Positions 51,393 through 63,050 of a stretch of DNA of 64,000 nt are shown here, piece by piece. Positions within the stretch are counted from its first letter, which is position 1, and each line of letters starts with the position of its first letter. The translations under genes were made by a program, and so were the position numbers. The notes under the pieces were generated by a model that saw only the letters and a program-made list of their open reading frames with translations, was not told where the DNA came from and searched no databases. Source of the stretch: Mobula hypostoma (taxonomy: Eukaryota); contig NC_086097.1 in NCBI RefSeq assembly GCF_963921235.1, forward strand, positions 99,264,001-99,328,000, written 5' to 3'.

Positions 51393-52082
51393 TGTAAGGG
51401 GATTTCGACTTTTATGTTACTGCGGAGGCTAATTAAAATGGCGTCTTTGTTATGTTAATCTGGGGAATGCGGCTTTGTTGTCTTAAACGCTGAGAAAGTT
51501 TGCGCTAGCAGCTTGTTGCGGTTTAGAGGGTGATAAGAAATACGTTATTAACCAATTGGGATAGTTGTTATGGTTTTGGTGTATTTGAAGATACTGTTGC
51601 GAGGGGGTTTTGGGGGTAGAAGGCGGGAGAGCGAGACAGAGGATGGACGAGGTGCTGTGAGTCTGCTAACGGGGTCAGACCCGAGCGGGACGTTCGGCAA
51701 GGAGACGGATTCGTGTGGAGCATCTGGTCGACCACCGTTGTTGGTCCCAGGCGGCCGGTCGAGGTGGTCCGAGGGGGTCGCAGGGTGAAGAAGAAGGTCC
51801 TTAAGCTCCAACGGGTTTTTGTGCACGAAGAGATTGAACTTTGATAAGTATGGCACCTTTTATTTTCCTTTTATATTTTATTCTCTTTTAATTATATAGT
51901 TCCAGTGATATCTATAAACTGTACATCATTTAATTGCATCTGGTGTATTGTCTGTTATTTGGGTAGGGTGGGATACCTCACACAGCATCCACACAAACTA
52001 ATTACCCAGTTTGGCGGGGCCGAGGCTGTTTCCCTAGACGACAGCGAGCCGAGCGACCCTGAGGGTGGCCAGGGGGGCTACA
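51393..52082 (+). repeat. 3' LTR (690 bp)
   Basis: tgtaagggg...gggctaca, preceded by the polypurine tract. Confidence 0.95.
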
Positions 52083-55000
52083 TCAGGAACAGGAAGGAAG
52101 CAGTTACTCTACTGGGGGTATCCTATAGGCCCCCTGGTAGCAGCAGAGATACAGAGGAGCAGATTGGGAGGCAGATTTTGGAAAGGTGCAAAAATAACAG
52201 GGTTGTTATCATGGGTGACTTTAACTTCCCTAATATTGATTGGCACCTGATTAGTTCCAAGGGTTTAGATGGGGCAGAATTTGTTAAGTGTGTCCAGGAT
52301 GGATTCCTGTCACAGTGTGTGGACAGACCGACCAGGGGGAATGCCATACTAGATCTAGTACGAGGTAATGAACCGGGTCAGGTCACAGATCTCTCAGTGG
52401 GTGAGCATCTGGGGGACAGTGACCACCGCTCCCTGGCCTTTATAATTATCATGGAAAAGGATAGAATCAAAGGGACAAGAAAATTTTTAATTGGGGAAAG
52501 GGAAAATTATGAGGCTATAAGGCTAGAACTTGCGGGTGTGAATTGGGATGATGTTTTTGCAAGGAAATGTACTATGGACATGTGGTCGATGTTCAGAGAT
52601 CTCTTGCAGGATGTTAGGGATAAATTTGTCCCGGTGAGGAAGATAAAGAATGGTAGGGTGAAGGAACCATGGGTGACAAGTGAGGTGGAAAATCTAGTCA
52701 GGAGGAAGAAGGCAGCATACATGAGGTTTAGGAAGCAAGGATCAGCTGGGTCTATTGAGAAATATAGGGAAGCAAGAAAGGAGCTTAAGAAGGGGCTGAG
52801 AAGAGCAAGAAGCGGGCATGAGAAGGCCTTGGCGAGTAGGGTAAAGGAAAACCCCAAGGCATTCTTCAATTATGTGAAGAAAAAAAGGATGACAGGAGTG
52901 AAGGTAGGACCAATTAGAGATAAAGGTGGGAAGATGTGCCTGGAGGCTGTGGAAGTGAGCAAGGACCTCAATGAATACTTCTCTTCGGTATTCACCAATG
53001 AGAAGGAACTTGATGATGGTGAGGACAATATGAGGGAGGTTGATGTTCTGGAGCATGCTGATATTAAGGGAGAGGAGGTGTTGGAGTTGTTAAAATACAT
53101 TAGGACAGATAAGTCCCCGGGGCCTGACGGAATATTCCCCAGGCTGCTCCACGAGGTGAGAGAAGAGATTGCTGAGCCTCTGGCTAGGATCTTTATGTCC
53201 TCATTGTCCACGGGAATGGTACCGGAAGATTGGAGGGAGGCGAATGTTGTTCCCTTGTTCAAAAAAGGTAGTAGGGAAAGTCCGGGTAATTATAGACCAG
53301 TGAGCCTTACGTCTGTGGTGGGAAATCTGTTGGAAAAGATTCTTAGAGATAGGATCTATAGGCATTTAGAGAATCATGGTCTGATCAGGACAGTCAGTAT
53401 GGCTTTGTGAAGGGCAGATCGTATCTAACAAGCCTGATAGAGTTCTTTGAGGAGGTGACCAGGCATATAGATGAGGGTAGGGATGTGATCTATATGGATT
53501 TTAGTAAGGCATTTGACAAGGTTCCACACGGTAGGCTTATTCAGAAAGTTAGAAGGCATGGGATCCAGGGAAGTTTGGCCAGGTGGATTCAGAATTGGCT
53601 TGCCTGCAGAAGGCAGAGGGTGGTGGTGGAGGGAGTACATTCAGATTGGAGGATTGTGACTAGTTGTGTCCCACAAGGATCTGTTCTGGGACCTCTACCT
53701 TTCGTGATTTTTATTAACGACCTGGATGTGGGGGTAGAAGGGTGGGTTGGCAAGTTTGCAGATGACACAAAGGTTGGTGGTGTTGTAGATAGTCTAGAGG
53801 ATTGTCAAAGATTGCAGAGAGACATTGATAGGATGCAGAAGTGGGCTGAGAAGTGGCAGATGGAGTTCAACCCGGAGAAGTGTGAGGTGGTACACTTTGG
53901 AAGGACAAACTCCAAGGCAGAGTACAAAGTAAATGGCAGGATACTTGGTAGTGTGGAGGAGCAGAGGGATCTGGGGGTACATGTCCACAGATCCCTGAAA
54001 GTTGCCTCACAGGTGGATAGGGTAGTTAAGAAAGCTTATGGGGTGTTAGCTTTCTAAGTCGAGGGATAGAGTTTAAGAGTCGCGATGTAATGATGCAGCT
54101 CTATAAAACTCTGGTTAAGCCACACTTGGAGTATTGTGTCCAGTTCTGGTCACCTCAGGATAGGAAGGATGTGGAAGCATTGGAAAGGGTACAGAGGAGA
54201 TTTACCAGGATGCTGCCTGGTTTAGAAAGTATGCATTATGATCAGAGATTAAGGGAGCTAGGGCTTTACTCTTTGGAGAGAAGGAGGATGAGAGGACACA
54301 TGATAGAGGTGTACAAGATAATAAGAGGAATAGATAGAGTGGATAGCCAGCGCCTCTTCCCCAGGGCACCACTGCTCAATACAAGAGGACATGGCTTTAA
54401 GGTAAGGGGTGAGAAGTTCAAGGGGGACATTAGAGGAAGGTTTTTTACTCAGAGAGTGGTTGGTGCATGGAATGCACTGCCTGAGTCAGTGGTGGAGGCA
54501 GATACACTAGTGAAGTTTAAGAGACTTCTAGAGAGGTATATGGAGGAGTCTCAGGTGGGGGCTTATATGGGAGGCAGGGTTTGAGGGTCGGCACAACATT
54601 GTGGGCCGAAGGGCCTGTACTGTGCTGTACTATTCTATGTTCTATGTTCTAGGATCATATGATACACTTCCAATTTCATAGATATTTATCTTGGTAAGGT
54701 GGTCACACCCAAGGTACAGGCAAAAGTATTTGGTGACCCAAAGGAAAAGGGGGGTAAATAGAGGGTGCAGGTCATTCCCCTCAAAAACAGGTATACCATT
54801 TTGGACACTGTTGGGTGGAATGACCATTCAGGAGAAGACAGTACTAGTCTGGTCGGTGGCATGAGTACTGGCTCTGAGACTCAGCAGGGAAGGGTGAATG
54901 AATAAAGGACAACAGTGATAGGGGACTCTATAGTTGGAGGGGGGCAGATAGACAATTCTGTGGCTTCAAAAGGGACTCTAAATAGCTGTGTTGCCCCCTT

Positions 55001-56327
55001 GGTGCCAGGGTCTAGGATGTTGCAGAGCAGCCACAGAACATTCTTAAGAGAGAGTGAACGGACAGAAGTTGTTGTAATTTATGCCAACGTATACGTGGAT
55101 AGAGAAAGAGATGAGGTCCTGTGGGATGAATATAGGGAGCTGGAGGAGAAGTTAAAAAGCAGGACCAAGGATAGTAATCTCTGTACTATTCTCCAGTGAG
55201 AATAATAATAGGAGGATATGACAAATGAATGTGCGGCTGAAAAATTGGTGTAACGGCAGAGATTCAGAGTTCTGGACCATTGGGATCTCTTCTTCAACAG
55301 GGGTGACATGTACAAGAGGGGCAGGTTATACCTGACCTGGAGGGGGAGCTGACAGGTAGTTTTGCTAGTATTACAGGCTGGGGTGGGTCTTAACTAGACT
55401 GGGATCCTAAGCAACAGGGAGGCAAATGAGAGGCTGTAAAGTGTTGCAGAAGTCAAGGACAGCAAGTTGAATGGGCATGACAGACAGGAGAGTCCATTGG
55501 ATTAAACAACAATTTCAATGCAAGAGGTACTACAGATAAAGGCAGATGAACTTGGAGCTTGGATAGCTACGTGGGCTGAGGGTAATATACCCAAATGCAG
55601 AACATGGCTAAGGAGGGAAAGAACTGGCAGCTTAATGTTTGGGGAACAGGTGCTTTAGATGGGATAGAAGCAAAAGAAAGAGAAAGGAGAGTTACAGAAG
55701 TATAATCAGGAAGGCAAAAAAAGAGGCATGAGATACTTTGGTAGAGACTACAATGGAAAATCAAAATATTTTTATGTATTTTAAGGGGGAAAAAAGTAAC
55801 CAGAATGAAAATAGGGCCCTTCAAATTCCAAAGGGGACACCTTTGTGTGGAGCGCCACAGGAAATGGGCAAAGTTTTTAATGACTATTTGCCCATAGGTT
55901 TTACTGTTGAGAAAAACAAAGATGTGAAAATTAGGAAAATTAAATGAGGAGGTCCTGCAGATATTCCACATTGCAGTAGAAGCGATATTAGATTTTTTAG
56001 TAAGTGTGAAGGTAAACTAATTACTAGGGCCTGACCAAGTTTGTCCAAGTACTATGTTGGAGGCCAGAAAAGAAATGGCAGGAGCCCCAGCTAAGGTATT
56101 GCAACATCATTAGCCACGGGAGAGCTGCTGGTAAACGAGAAGGTAACGAATGTTGTGCCTTTATTTTAAAAGGGCAGCAAAGAATAAATCTGGGAAATAT
56201 AGGTCATTAATTCCAATATTCTGTGGTAGATAAGTTACTGGAGAGGATTCTGTGGGGTAAGATATACATATATACACAGAGACAGAGGTTGATTAGTCAA
56301 AGTAACTTTACTATTAAAGTACATATA

Positions 56328-56516
56328 CGAGGGGTGATTGATAAGTTCGTGGCCTAAGATAGGAGTCAATTTTAGAAAACCTAGGACATTTATGCTCCAT
56401 GACCGCTAGACTGAGTGTGTACATGTAGGAGGGGGCTATGTTGAAAAATAAATGTGCTAGGTTTTCTAAAATTGGCTCCTTCTACCTTAGGCCACGAACT
56501 TATCAATCACTCCTCA
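56328..56516 (+). mobile_element. Mariner-derived MITE, TA TSD, ~65-bp TIRs
   Basis: ta|cgaggggtgattgataagttcgtggcctaag ... cttaggccacgaacttatcaatcactcctca|ta. The interior encodes a mariner-like C-terminus (...ECVHVGGGYVEK*). Confidence 0.88.
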
Positions 56517-58344
56517 TATATGTTACCATATAATTACCTTGAGATTCATCTTCTTGCAGGCATTTACAGGGAAACAAATACAATAGAATTTATAAAAAAG
56601 TATACATAAGGACTACAACTGTGCAAAAGAAGACAAATTGTGCAAATAAAACAATAAGTAATACTGAGAACATGAGTTGTAGAGTCCTTAAAACTGAGTC
56701 TGCAGTTTGTGGAATCAGTTCAGGGTTGAGCTGAGTGAAGTTATTCACACCTGTTCAGGAGCCTGATGGTTATAGGGTAATAACCCTTCCTGAACTCGGT
56801 GCTGTTGGACCTAAGGCTCCCGTACCTTCTGCCCAATGGTAGAAGTGAGAACACAGCATGGCCTTAATGCTGTGGGTCCTTGATGATGGATTCTGCTTTC
56901 TTGTGGCAACACTCCTTATGAATGTGCTCAGTGGTGGGGAGAGCTATGCTTGTGATGTACTGGGCTCCATCCACCATTTCCTGTAGACCTTCTCTGTTCT
57001 TGGGATTGATATATCTACAGTAGACCCTGATGCAACCAGTTAGAGTAGTTTCCATTGTGCATCTATAGAAGTTCGTCAAAGTTTCTGATGGCATGCCATA
57101 TCAATGCAAACCCCAAAGGAAGTAAAGGCACTATCATGACATTTGCATGCTGGCCCCAGGACAAATCTTCTGATATGATAACGCCAAGAAATTTAAATTT
57201 TCTGACCCTCACCTGATGAGGACTAACTCATGGAGCTCCAGTTTCTTCCTACTATAGTCAATAATCAGCTCTTTGGTTTTTCTGACATTGAGTGAGAGGT
57301 TGTTATTCAACAAGATTTTTCAATTTCCCTCCTATATGCTAATTCATCACAATCTTTGATTTGGCCAACAACAGTGGGTCATCAACAAAATTAAATAAGT
57401 CATGGGAGCTGTACTTAGCCATATAGTCATAAGCAAGTAAAGCAAGGGTCTAAGCACAAAACCTTGTAGTGCACCTGTGCTAATAGTGATTGAGGAGATG
57501 TTATTGCTAATCTGAACTGACTGAGGTATGCAAGTGAGGAGATCAAAGATCAGTTGCACAAGAAAGCATCAAAGTCCAGGTCTTGGACCTTAGTAATTAG
57601 TTTTGAGAAAATTATAATGTTGAATGCCGAGCTGTAGTCAGTGGGGAGTATCCTGATGTATGCATCTTTATTGTCCAGGTGCCCCAGAGCTGAGTGAAGG
57701 GCCAATGAAATAGCATCTGCTGTTAACCTGTTGTGACAGTAGCCAAAATAGAGTGGATCCAGGTCGCTCCTCAGGCCAACTTCTCAACCAATTTCTAGAA
57801 GCACTTCATTATGGAAAGTGTAATTGCTACTGGATGATAGTCACTGAGGCATGTTATCATGTTCTTCTTGGGAACCAGTATGACTGAAGCCTCCTTGAAG
57901 CAGATGGGCACCTCAGACTGCCGAAGCAAGAGATTGAAGATGTCTGTAAACACTCCAGCCACAGGTCTTCAATACTCAGCTAGGTACACCATCTGGGCCA
58001 AGTGCTTTCCGTGGATTCACCCTCCAGGAGGTTGCTCTTGCACTGGCCTCAGAGATTGAGATCACAGGGTCGTTGAGGGCTATGGAAGCTTGTGAAGGTC
58101 CCTCCATTTTCTGTCAGTCAAAGTAAGCACAAAAGGCACTGAGCTCATCTGGGAGTAAAAACTTGTTGTTTATGTGACTTAGTACTGCTTTGTAGGAGGT
58201 GATAACATTCAAGCTTGCCACAGTTGTTGAGCATCCTTCAAGTTTAGTCCAGAATTGCTATTTTGCATGTGAGATAGCTTAATAGACCCCTTGTACTTTC
58301 CTGGGTCACCAATCCTAAACACCACTGATCTAGCCCTCAGGAGA

Positions 58345-58735
58345 TAATTGAATTGAATTGACTTTATTTCTTACATACTTCACACACGGGGAGTAAAAAT
58401 CTTTACATTACGTCTCTGTTTAAATGTGCAATGTGCAATCATAGTAATTTACAATAATTTATAATAAATAGAACAGTCAATGTAACATACAAATACACTC
58501 AAATCAGCATGAGTTAATCAATCTGATGGCCTGGTGAAAGAAGCTATCCCAGAGCACGCTGGTCCTGGCTTTTATACTGCAGTACCGTTTCCCGGATGGT
58601 AGCAACTGGAATAGATTGTGGTTGGGGTGACTTGGGTCCGTGATGATCCTTCGGGCCTTTATTTCACACCTGTCTTTGTAAATGTCCTGAATCATGGGAA
58701 GTTCACAACTACAGATGTGCTGGGCTGTCCGCACA
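58345..58735 (-). mobile_element. Rex1/Babar 3' fragment with (CAATT)n tail
   Basis: HPNHNLFQLLPSGKRY. Highly similar to 23642-23950. Confidence 0.8.
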
Positions 58736-59003
58736 TAATCAATCTCTTAGTTCATCCAGAGCTTCTGCTAGCGGAAGACTCCAAATGATTTTGTTGACAC
58801 ATACTCGTCCATGAGTGTCTTTATAAAGTCCGACAAACTTGGTGTCTTCTGAATCCTAAAACATGCCCTAGGCCACCAACTTGAAGCAAACCCGTAGCCA
58901 CTCCTCTGCTTCTTGTGACAATACATGTTCAAATTGGAGCAGTCACTTAGTTGGGCCAAAATGTACTGGTCCTGATGTGTTGCAATTAACTGGATGGATT
59001 TTG

Positions 59004-59026
59004 ATGGATAGATAGATAGATAGATA
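59004..59026. repeat. (GATA)n microsatellite
   Basis: ggatagatagatagatagata. Confidence 0.9.
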
Positions 59027-59904
59027 TTTATTCTACATATACTTAGGGCACTAAGACTTTTACACAGTACTGAAGTAATTTTATGTATTGCACTATACTG
59101 CTCTGCTGCAAAAAAAATGTTATAATATACGAGTGACGGTAAACCTGATTCTGATATGCATCTCTATTGTGGACTGAGAATGGGAAGGGGACAGGGAGAG
59201 GGGAATCATGATTGGGGAAAGGACAGAGAAGGGAGCGGGAAGCACCAGAAAGAGATTCTGTAACGACCAATGAAGAAATTGTTTGGAATTAAATGACCTT
59301 GCCTGGCATCTCAGGGCTGGGTTTTGCTGTACTCATGCCAACACCACCCCTGACATTCTTTCTCTGCAACCTGCCCCACATATCTCCCACGGCACTCCAC
59401 CCTCGCTATTCCCAACATCTATTGTTCCTGCCAGGTTTATAAATGCACTCTCCGTTCCACGTTGACAAATACAGTACTATTGCAAAGGTCTCCAAAATAC
59501 TTCGATTTATAAAAGTCTTAGACCTTTTGATTGACTGTAAATGAACAAAATCAACACAGCCACCTAGGACAGATTATGGACTGCTTACATACAATGCTGT
59601 AGGCAAATGCATCTTCCAAATCTTCATTTTCATTTAACATTCAAGGTGATTGTTGAAACCTTTAATTCTTCTTAATTCCTAACTTGAAGTAGTGAAATAG
59701 TTCCCAGCCATTTCTGGCATCTCCAATATGCCTGCTTGAAATTGCAGTGAGCAAAACAGTTCCGAATTGTCTTGCTGTTATTTCTCAACAACTATAATAA
59801 AACAAAGGGGATCCTGACTATGTTCTCCATTTAGTTTTTGTTCTTAAGAGTTGTGCCAAATAAATAGTTGCCTCGATTAATTGATGGCCCAATTAACTGG
59901 ATCC

Positions 59905-59952
59905 GTGTGTGCGTGTGTGTGTGCGTGCGCACGCACGCACAGACACACACAC
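59905..59952. repeat. Alternating purine-pyrimidine (GT)n-(GC)-(AC)n tract
   Basis: gtgtgtgcgtgtgtgtgtgcgtgcgcacgcacgcacagacacacacac. Confidence 0.9.
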
Positions 59953-60450
59953 AGTGCTTTGTAAAAGTATTCAGCCCCCAACCTTTCGTTCACATAAATG
60001 ATTATTACAACCAGGGATTTTGATCAATTCAACTGAGAATTTTTATTTGTAAATCACATGCTCCTTTTTTTCCCATAATAGAGCCCAACAGACAGGGAAA
60101 AATGTAAAGCATGAAAAACTAACAATTCAAAAACTTAAATGTCAGCAGTTCAAAGATCTTCCTTTCCCTTTGCTCAGTACTTCGTTGAACCATCTCTTAC
60201 AGCCAGTAGTTCATTTTGATTAGTCTCTCTTAGCTTTGCACAATGTGATGAAGCAATATTTGCCTATTCTTCCTTGCCAATTGTTCAATCTGTGCCAGGT
60301 TAGTTGGGGAGCAGCAGTGGACAGCAATCCTGAAATCTTGCCAGAGATGTTCAATCGGGTTAAGGTCAGGACTCTGACTGAGTCATTCAAGGACATCAAT
60401 TTTCTTCATTTGCAGCCACTTAATGGTTGTTCTGGCAGTGTGCTTTGGGT
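59952..60450 (-). mobile_element. Tc1-family fragment (one TIR + transposase C-terminal remnant)
   Basis: cagtgctttgtaaaagtattcagcccc terminus. Minus-strand SQSPDLNPIE at ~60350-60385. Confidence 0.75.
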
Positions 60451-60771
60451 CACTGTCAAACCACATCCTCCCCCACAAGCAAGAAAACAAATTGTGCAAA
60501 CAGCAACAAAAACATCAAATCCCAATCCCAAATTCTCCCTTGCCATAAAAAAACAATTCACACAAATGGCAACAAGGAAGAACAGGTGAAAACACAGAAT
60601 ATAAAAACATAAAACTGAAAGAGTCCAAGAGAACTACAGTCCAATCCATAAGTTACAGATCCAGGACTTCAGTACCATGCTCCAACAGCATCAAGGGAGA
60701 GAGACCATTTGAATGCAGGAGCCTTCCTTCAGGAGCAGTGAGTGAGAGACCATCACATGCAGACACTTTCC

Positions 60772-61035
60772 ACCTTCCTTATCCTTTTCTAGCCCATCAC
60801 CTTCAGGGTCATAGGCTGCTGACGGCAACTTGCCAGAGCCATCTGTCTTGGGCCAGTCTTTCAAGTTGTCGCCAGGCGTAGTCCATCTTTGAATATCCTT
60901 CATCTCCCAGGGTTAAGGTTCTTGGAGCTTCTATCAGAGTTTCTGTAGCGCGTATTTTTTTTTACGGGATGTTGCTGTACATGTACAACCCTCTCCTTTC
61001 GCAGCGGGGCTTGGGACCATCCATGATGGAGTTAC
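60772..61035 (-). mobile_element. Second bipartite RTE-derived short element
   Basis: RTE-type 5' motif ggtcccaagccc...ggagagggttg...atcccgtaaaaaa joined to an RTE ORF end (LERLAQDRWLW) and an AAGG-rich tail. Confidence 0.6.
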
Positions 61036-62208
61036 TGCCCTATTTAGAATATTAAAAATAGTATTTCCGTTCTTCATGCTCCTTTCATCTGCACAGATGA
61101 ACATATCCATAAATCCTAAACAACATCCCAAAGCAACGATTATCTTAAAAGTGACAAGATAAAAGAGTATCATTTATGTTCTTTATGGAGACACACATAT
61201 CCAACAGTTTTGTTTGACCTGAAGACTTCCAACAGGTGAAAATGACAGCCCCAGCTCAATTTATTATTACATGCTAAGCCATTCTTATGAAAAACAAATT
61301 CAATTATTGTGCAACAGCATGAACTCCCTTCATTCCTTTCTGACAATATAGCTTTGAACTCTGGTAGATGTACTACATAATTATTTAGTTCACAAAAGTT
61401 TCTCATAAGTAGAATTGATCCACATACAATTATTTGTACAGCTTTCCATTATATTCATTGAGGTGAGCAGACTTTTTTAATTAACAACTTCATCTGGGGA
61501 GATGTTTCCGATGATCATCCTTCCTTCTTTAAATATCAATAGTTTAACTCACACACAGTCCACTCAATCAGAGAATAAGCCAAGTGACATTGCCAGCATA
61601 ACTTGCAACTCTTAAGTGCTAGGTTGGTTCTACACAGAATATTTGTATGGCCATATGAGAGGTGTGAGAAGCTCCAGCATCATAATTCCTGCATGTCTGA
61701 ATAAAGGTAGGAATAGGTACAACACCTACTATATTGAAATATTATGATGACTTTTGCTGTTTAGACTAACCAGGCATGGACGAATACTTGGGGAAAATAT
61801 CCTAGGACAACTTTGTGCTTTTAAAAACAAAATAGAGACAGTAAAACAGCTAAACAAAGGTGAAGCATTTATTTTCCAGATGTTTCATTTAAATCCAACC
61901 AATGACCACCATTTGCTATCCTTCCTCAGTGGCCATGCGGGAAGAAGTTTGCCATGGTAAGTTATGGGCAGCATTATATCGTGGACTAGTACACACTAAC
62001 CTGGATAAAAACTGCCCAAGTTTATACCACGCTACAAGCTTACAGTCAGCAGGAAAGTGTCTGTTCAAGACTACAACACTAACCCTTGGTGGAAGCATAG
62101 CTTTTTTCAATCTCGTACACAATACTGCTTTAACTTGTAGTTAAATATTTTGTTATCTTATCATTTTGAACAGTTTTACAAGTTCATCCATAGAACAGTC
62201 ATACATAC

Positions 62209-62385
62209 CTGTTTAAGAAAGCATTTCCAAAAGAATTCAGTTTTCGGAAGGGTTTTTTGGGATCCACAACAAGTGCATTGCCAGGAATGATGCCTTCTTC
62301 TTTTCCATACATCACAGCAATGAAGGAATCAGTTGTTGGTTCAGGTCCAATTCTCATCCCTGGAAAATCCTGTTCCAGGAGGTAT
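62209..62385 (-). CDS. EHD4: EHD4 internal coding exon (probably exon 2; G domain, YLLEQDFPGMRIGPEPTTDSF...KPFRKLNSFGNAFLNR)
   Basis: 177 nt, acceptor catag|ATAC and donor CAG|gtatgt. Carries the EHD switch-I motif GPEPTT and the KPF motif. Phase 2/2 joins the next exon in frame. Confidence 0.93.
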
Positions 62386-62779
62386 CTATGGTATAACAAC
62401 ACGTTAATCAGACCTTAGATATTACAACACTCTGCAGCACACTAGAAAAAATGTCATCTGATTAACTTTAGAATACAAACTCAAAGATATTTTAAAAAAT
62501 AATTCTGTTGCACAATTCTTTTCCTGAAAATTCCTCATTCTGATGAGGATATAGACCTGTAATAGTTGAAGCAACAAGATTATATTAAAGTACAAGGTAT
62601 AATAAATTATTTTAAAGATTACTAAAAAAAAGCTACAAAGAGTTAGTGATATAAATTACAATTTGATAGCAAGAGTAGATTACTTAGTTCTTTAAATTTG
62701 CTGTCATTTAATAGGGTCATGGCGAATCTAATTATACCCTTAGTTACACACTACCATCTTGCCCCAATGATCATTTACT

Positions 62780-63050
62780 CCTTTATTTATATATTTTTAT
62801 TCAGAAGTACTGTACAGCACAGTAACAGGCCCTTCCAGCTCATCAAGTCCGCACTGTCCAAATACACGCACACGACCAATTAACCTACTAATTCAAGTGT
62901 GTTTGCACTGTGGAAGGAAACCGGAGCACTCAGAGAAAACCCATGTGGTCACGAGGAGAATGTACAAACTCCTTGCATACAGCGGAACGGAATTCAACCT
63001 GGTTTGCTGGCGCTGTAATAGCATTACACTAACCACTATGCTACCTTGCC
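62780..63050 (-). mobile_element. V-SINE (HE1-like) copy
   Basis: ggaaaccggagcactcagagaaaacccatgtggtcacgaggagaatgtacaaactcc core with a tRNA-like head at the right end. Confidence 0.75.

Larger units (their letters stand above)
47985..52082 (+). mobile_element. Non-autonomous Ty3/Gypsy LTR retrotransposon with captured myosin-like sequence
   Basis: Two highly similar TGTA...TACA LTRs. TSD tcag at 47981-47984 and 52083-52086. PBS tgggggctttgtccggga (tRNA-Pro-like) and PPT ggtggggggagag. PNMA-type gag remnant, PR AILDLGAQ, RT MPKGISGAPASF...YVDD. Confidence 0.95.
47970..54650 (+). mobile_element. Young 5'-truncated CR1 with nearly intact ORF2, interrupted by the LTR element
   Basis: WVEV|RNRK joined across the LTR element. 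YRPP, GDFNFP, SDH, PQGSVLGP and KFADDTK. (TTCTATG)n tail. aggat at 47965-47969 and 54651-54655. Confidence 0.92.
47870..56290 (+). mobile_element. Old CR1 (ORF1 zinc finger/leucine zipper/esterase, decayed ORF2), split by younger insertions at 47970-54650
   Basis: DYVFGKCAQMQLL...LELDIIRI (47870-47969) continues at 54651 with ...VVTPKVQ...IPLKNRYTILDTVG...VIGDSIV. Decayed ORF2 runs to ~56290. Confidence 0.8.
56295..58960 (-). mobile_element. Long degenerate Rex1/Babar LINE with nested MITE and nested Rex fragment
   Basis: LTNFYRCTMETTLTGCI, ISTGALQGFVLRPLLY and FIKTLMDEYVSTK. Confidence 0.8.

Noticed and set aside
51905..53410. 501-aa ORF apparently starting inside the 3' LTR, suggesting a novel LTR-CR1 fusion gene
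   Set aside because: The start is a non-ATG (GTG) call. The N-terminus is LTR sequence that happens to be in frame with the interrupted CR1 ORF2, which then frameshifts. No evidence of a real gene.
61880..62150. Unique-looking sequence next to the 177-nt exon as a possible alternative exon or conserved element
   Set aside because: No EHD-like translation or convincing splice pair, and conservation cannot be assessed from this window.
14866..62208. Apparent antisense orientation bias of intronic insertions
   Set aside because: Both Gypsy elements and several CR1s are antisense to EHD4, but the large Penelope, RTE and Rex/Babar copies are sense, so no clear bias can be claimed.
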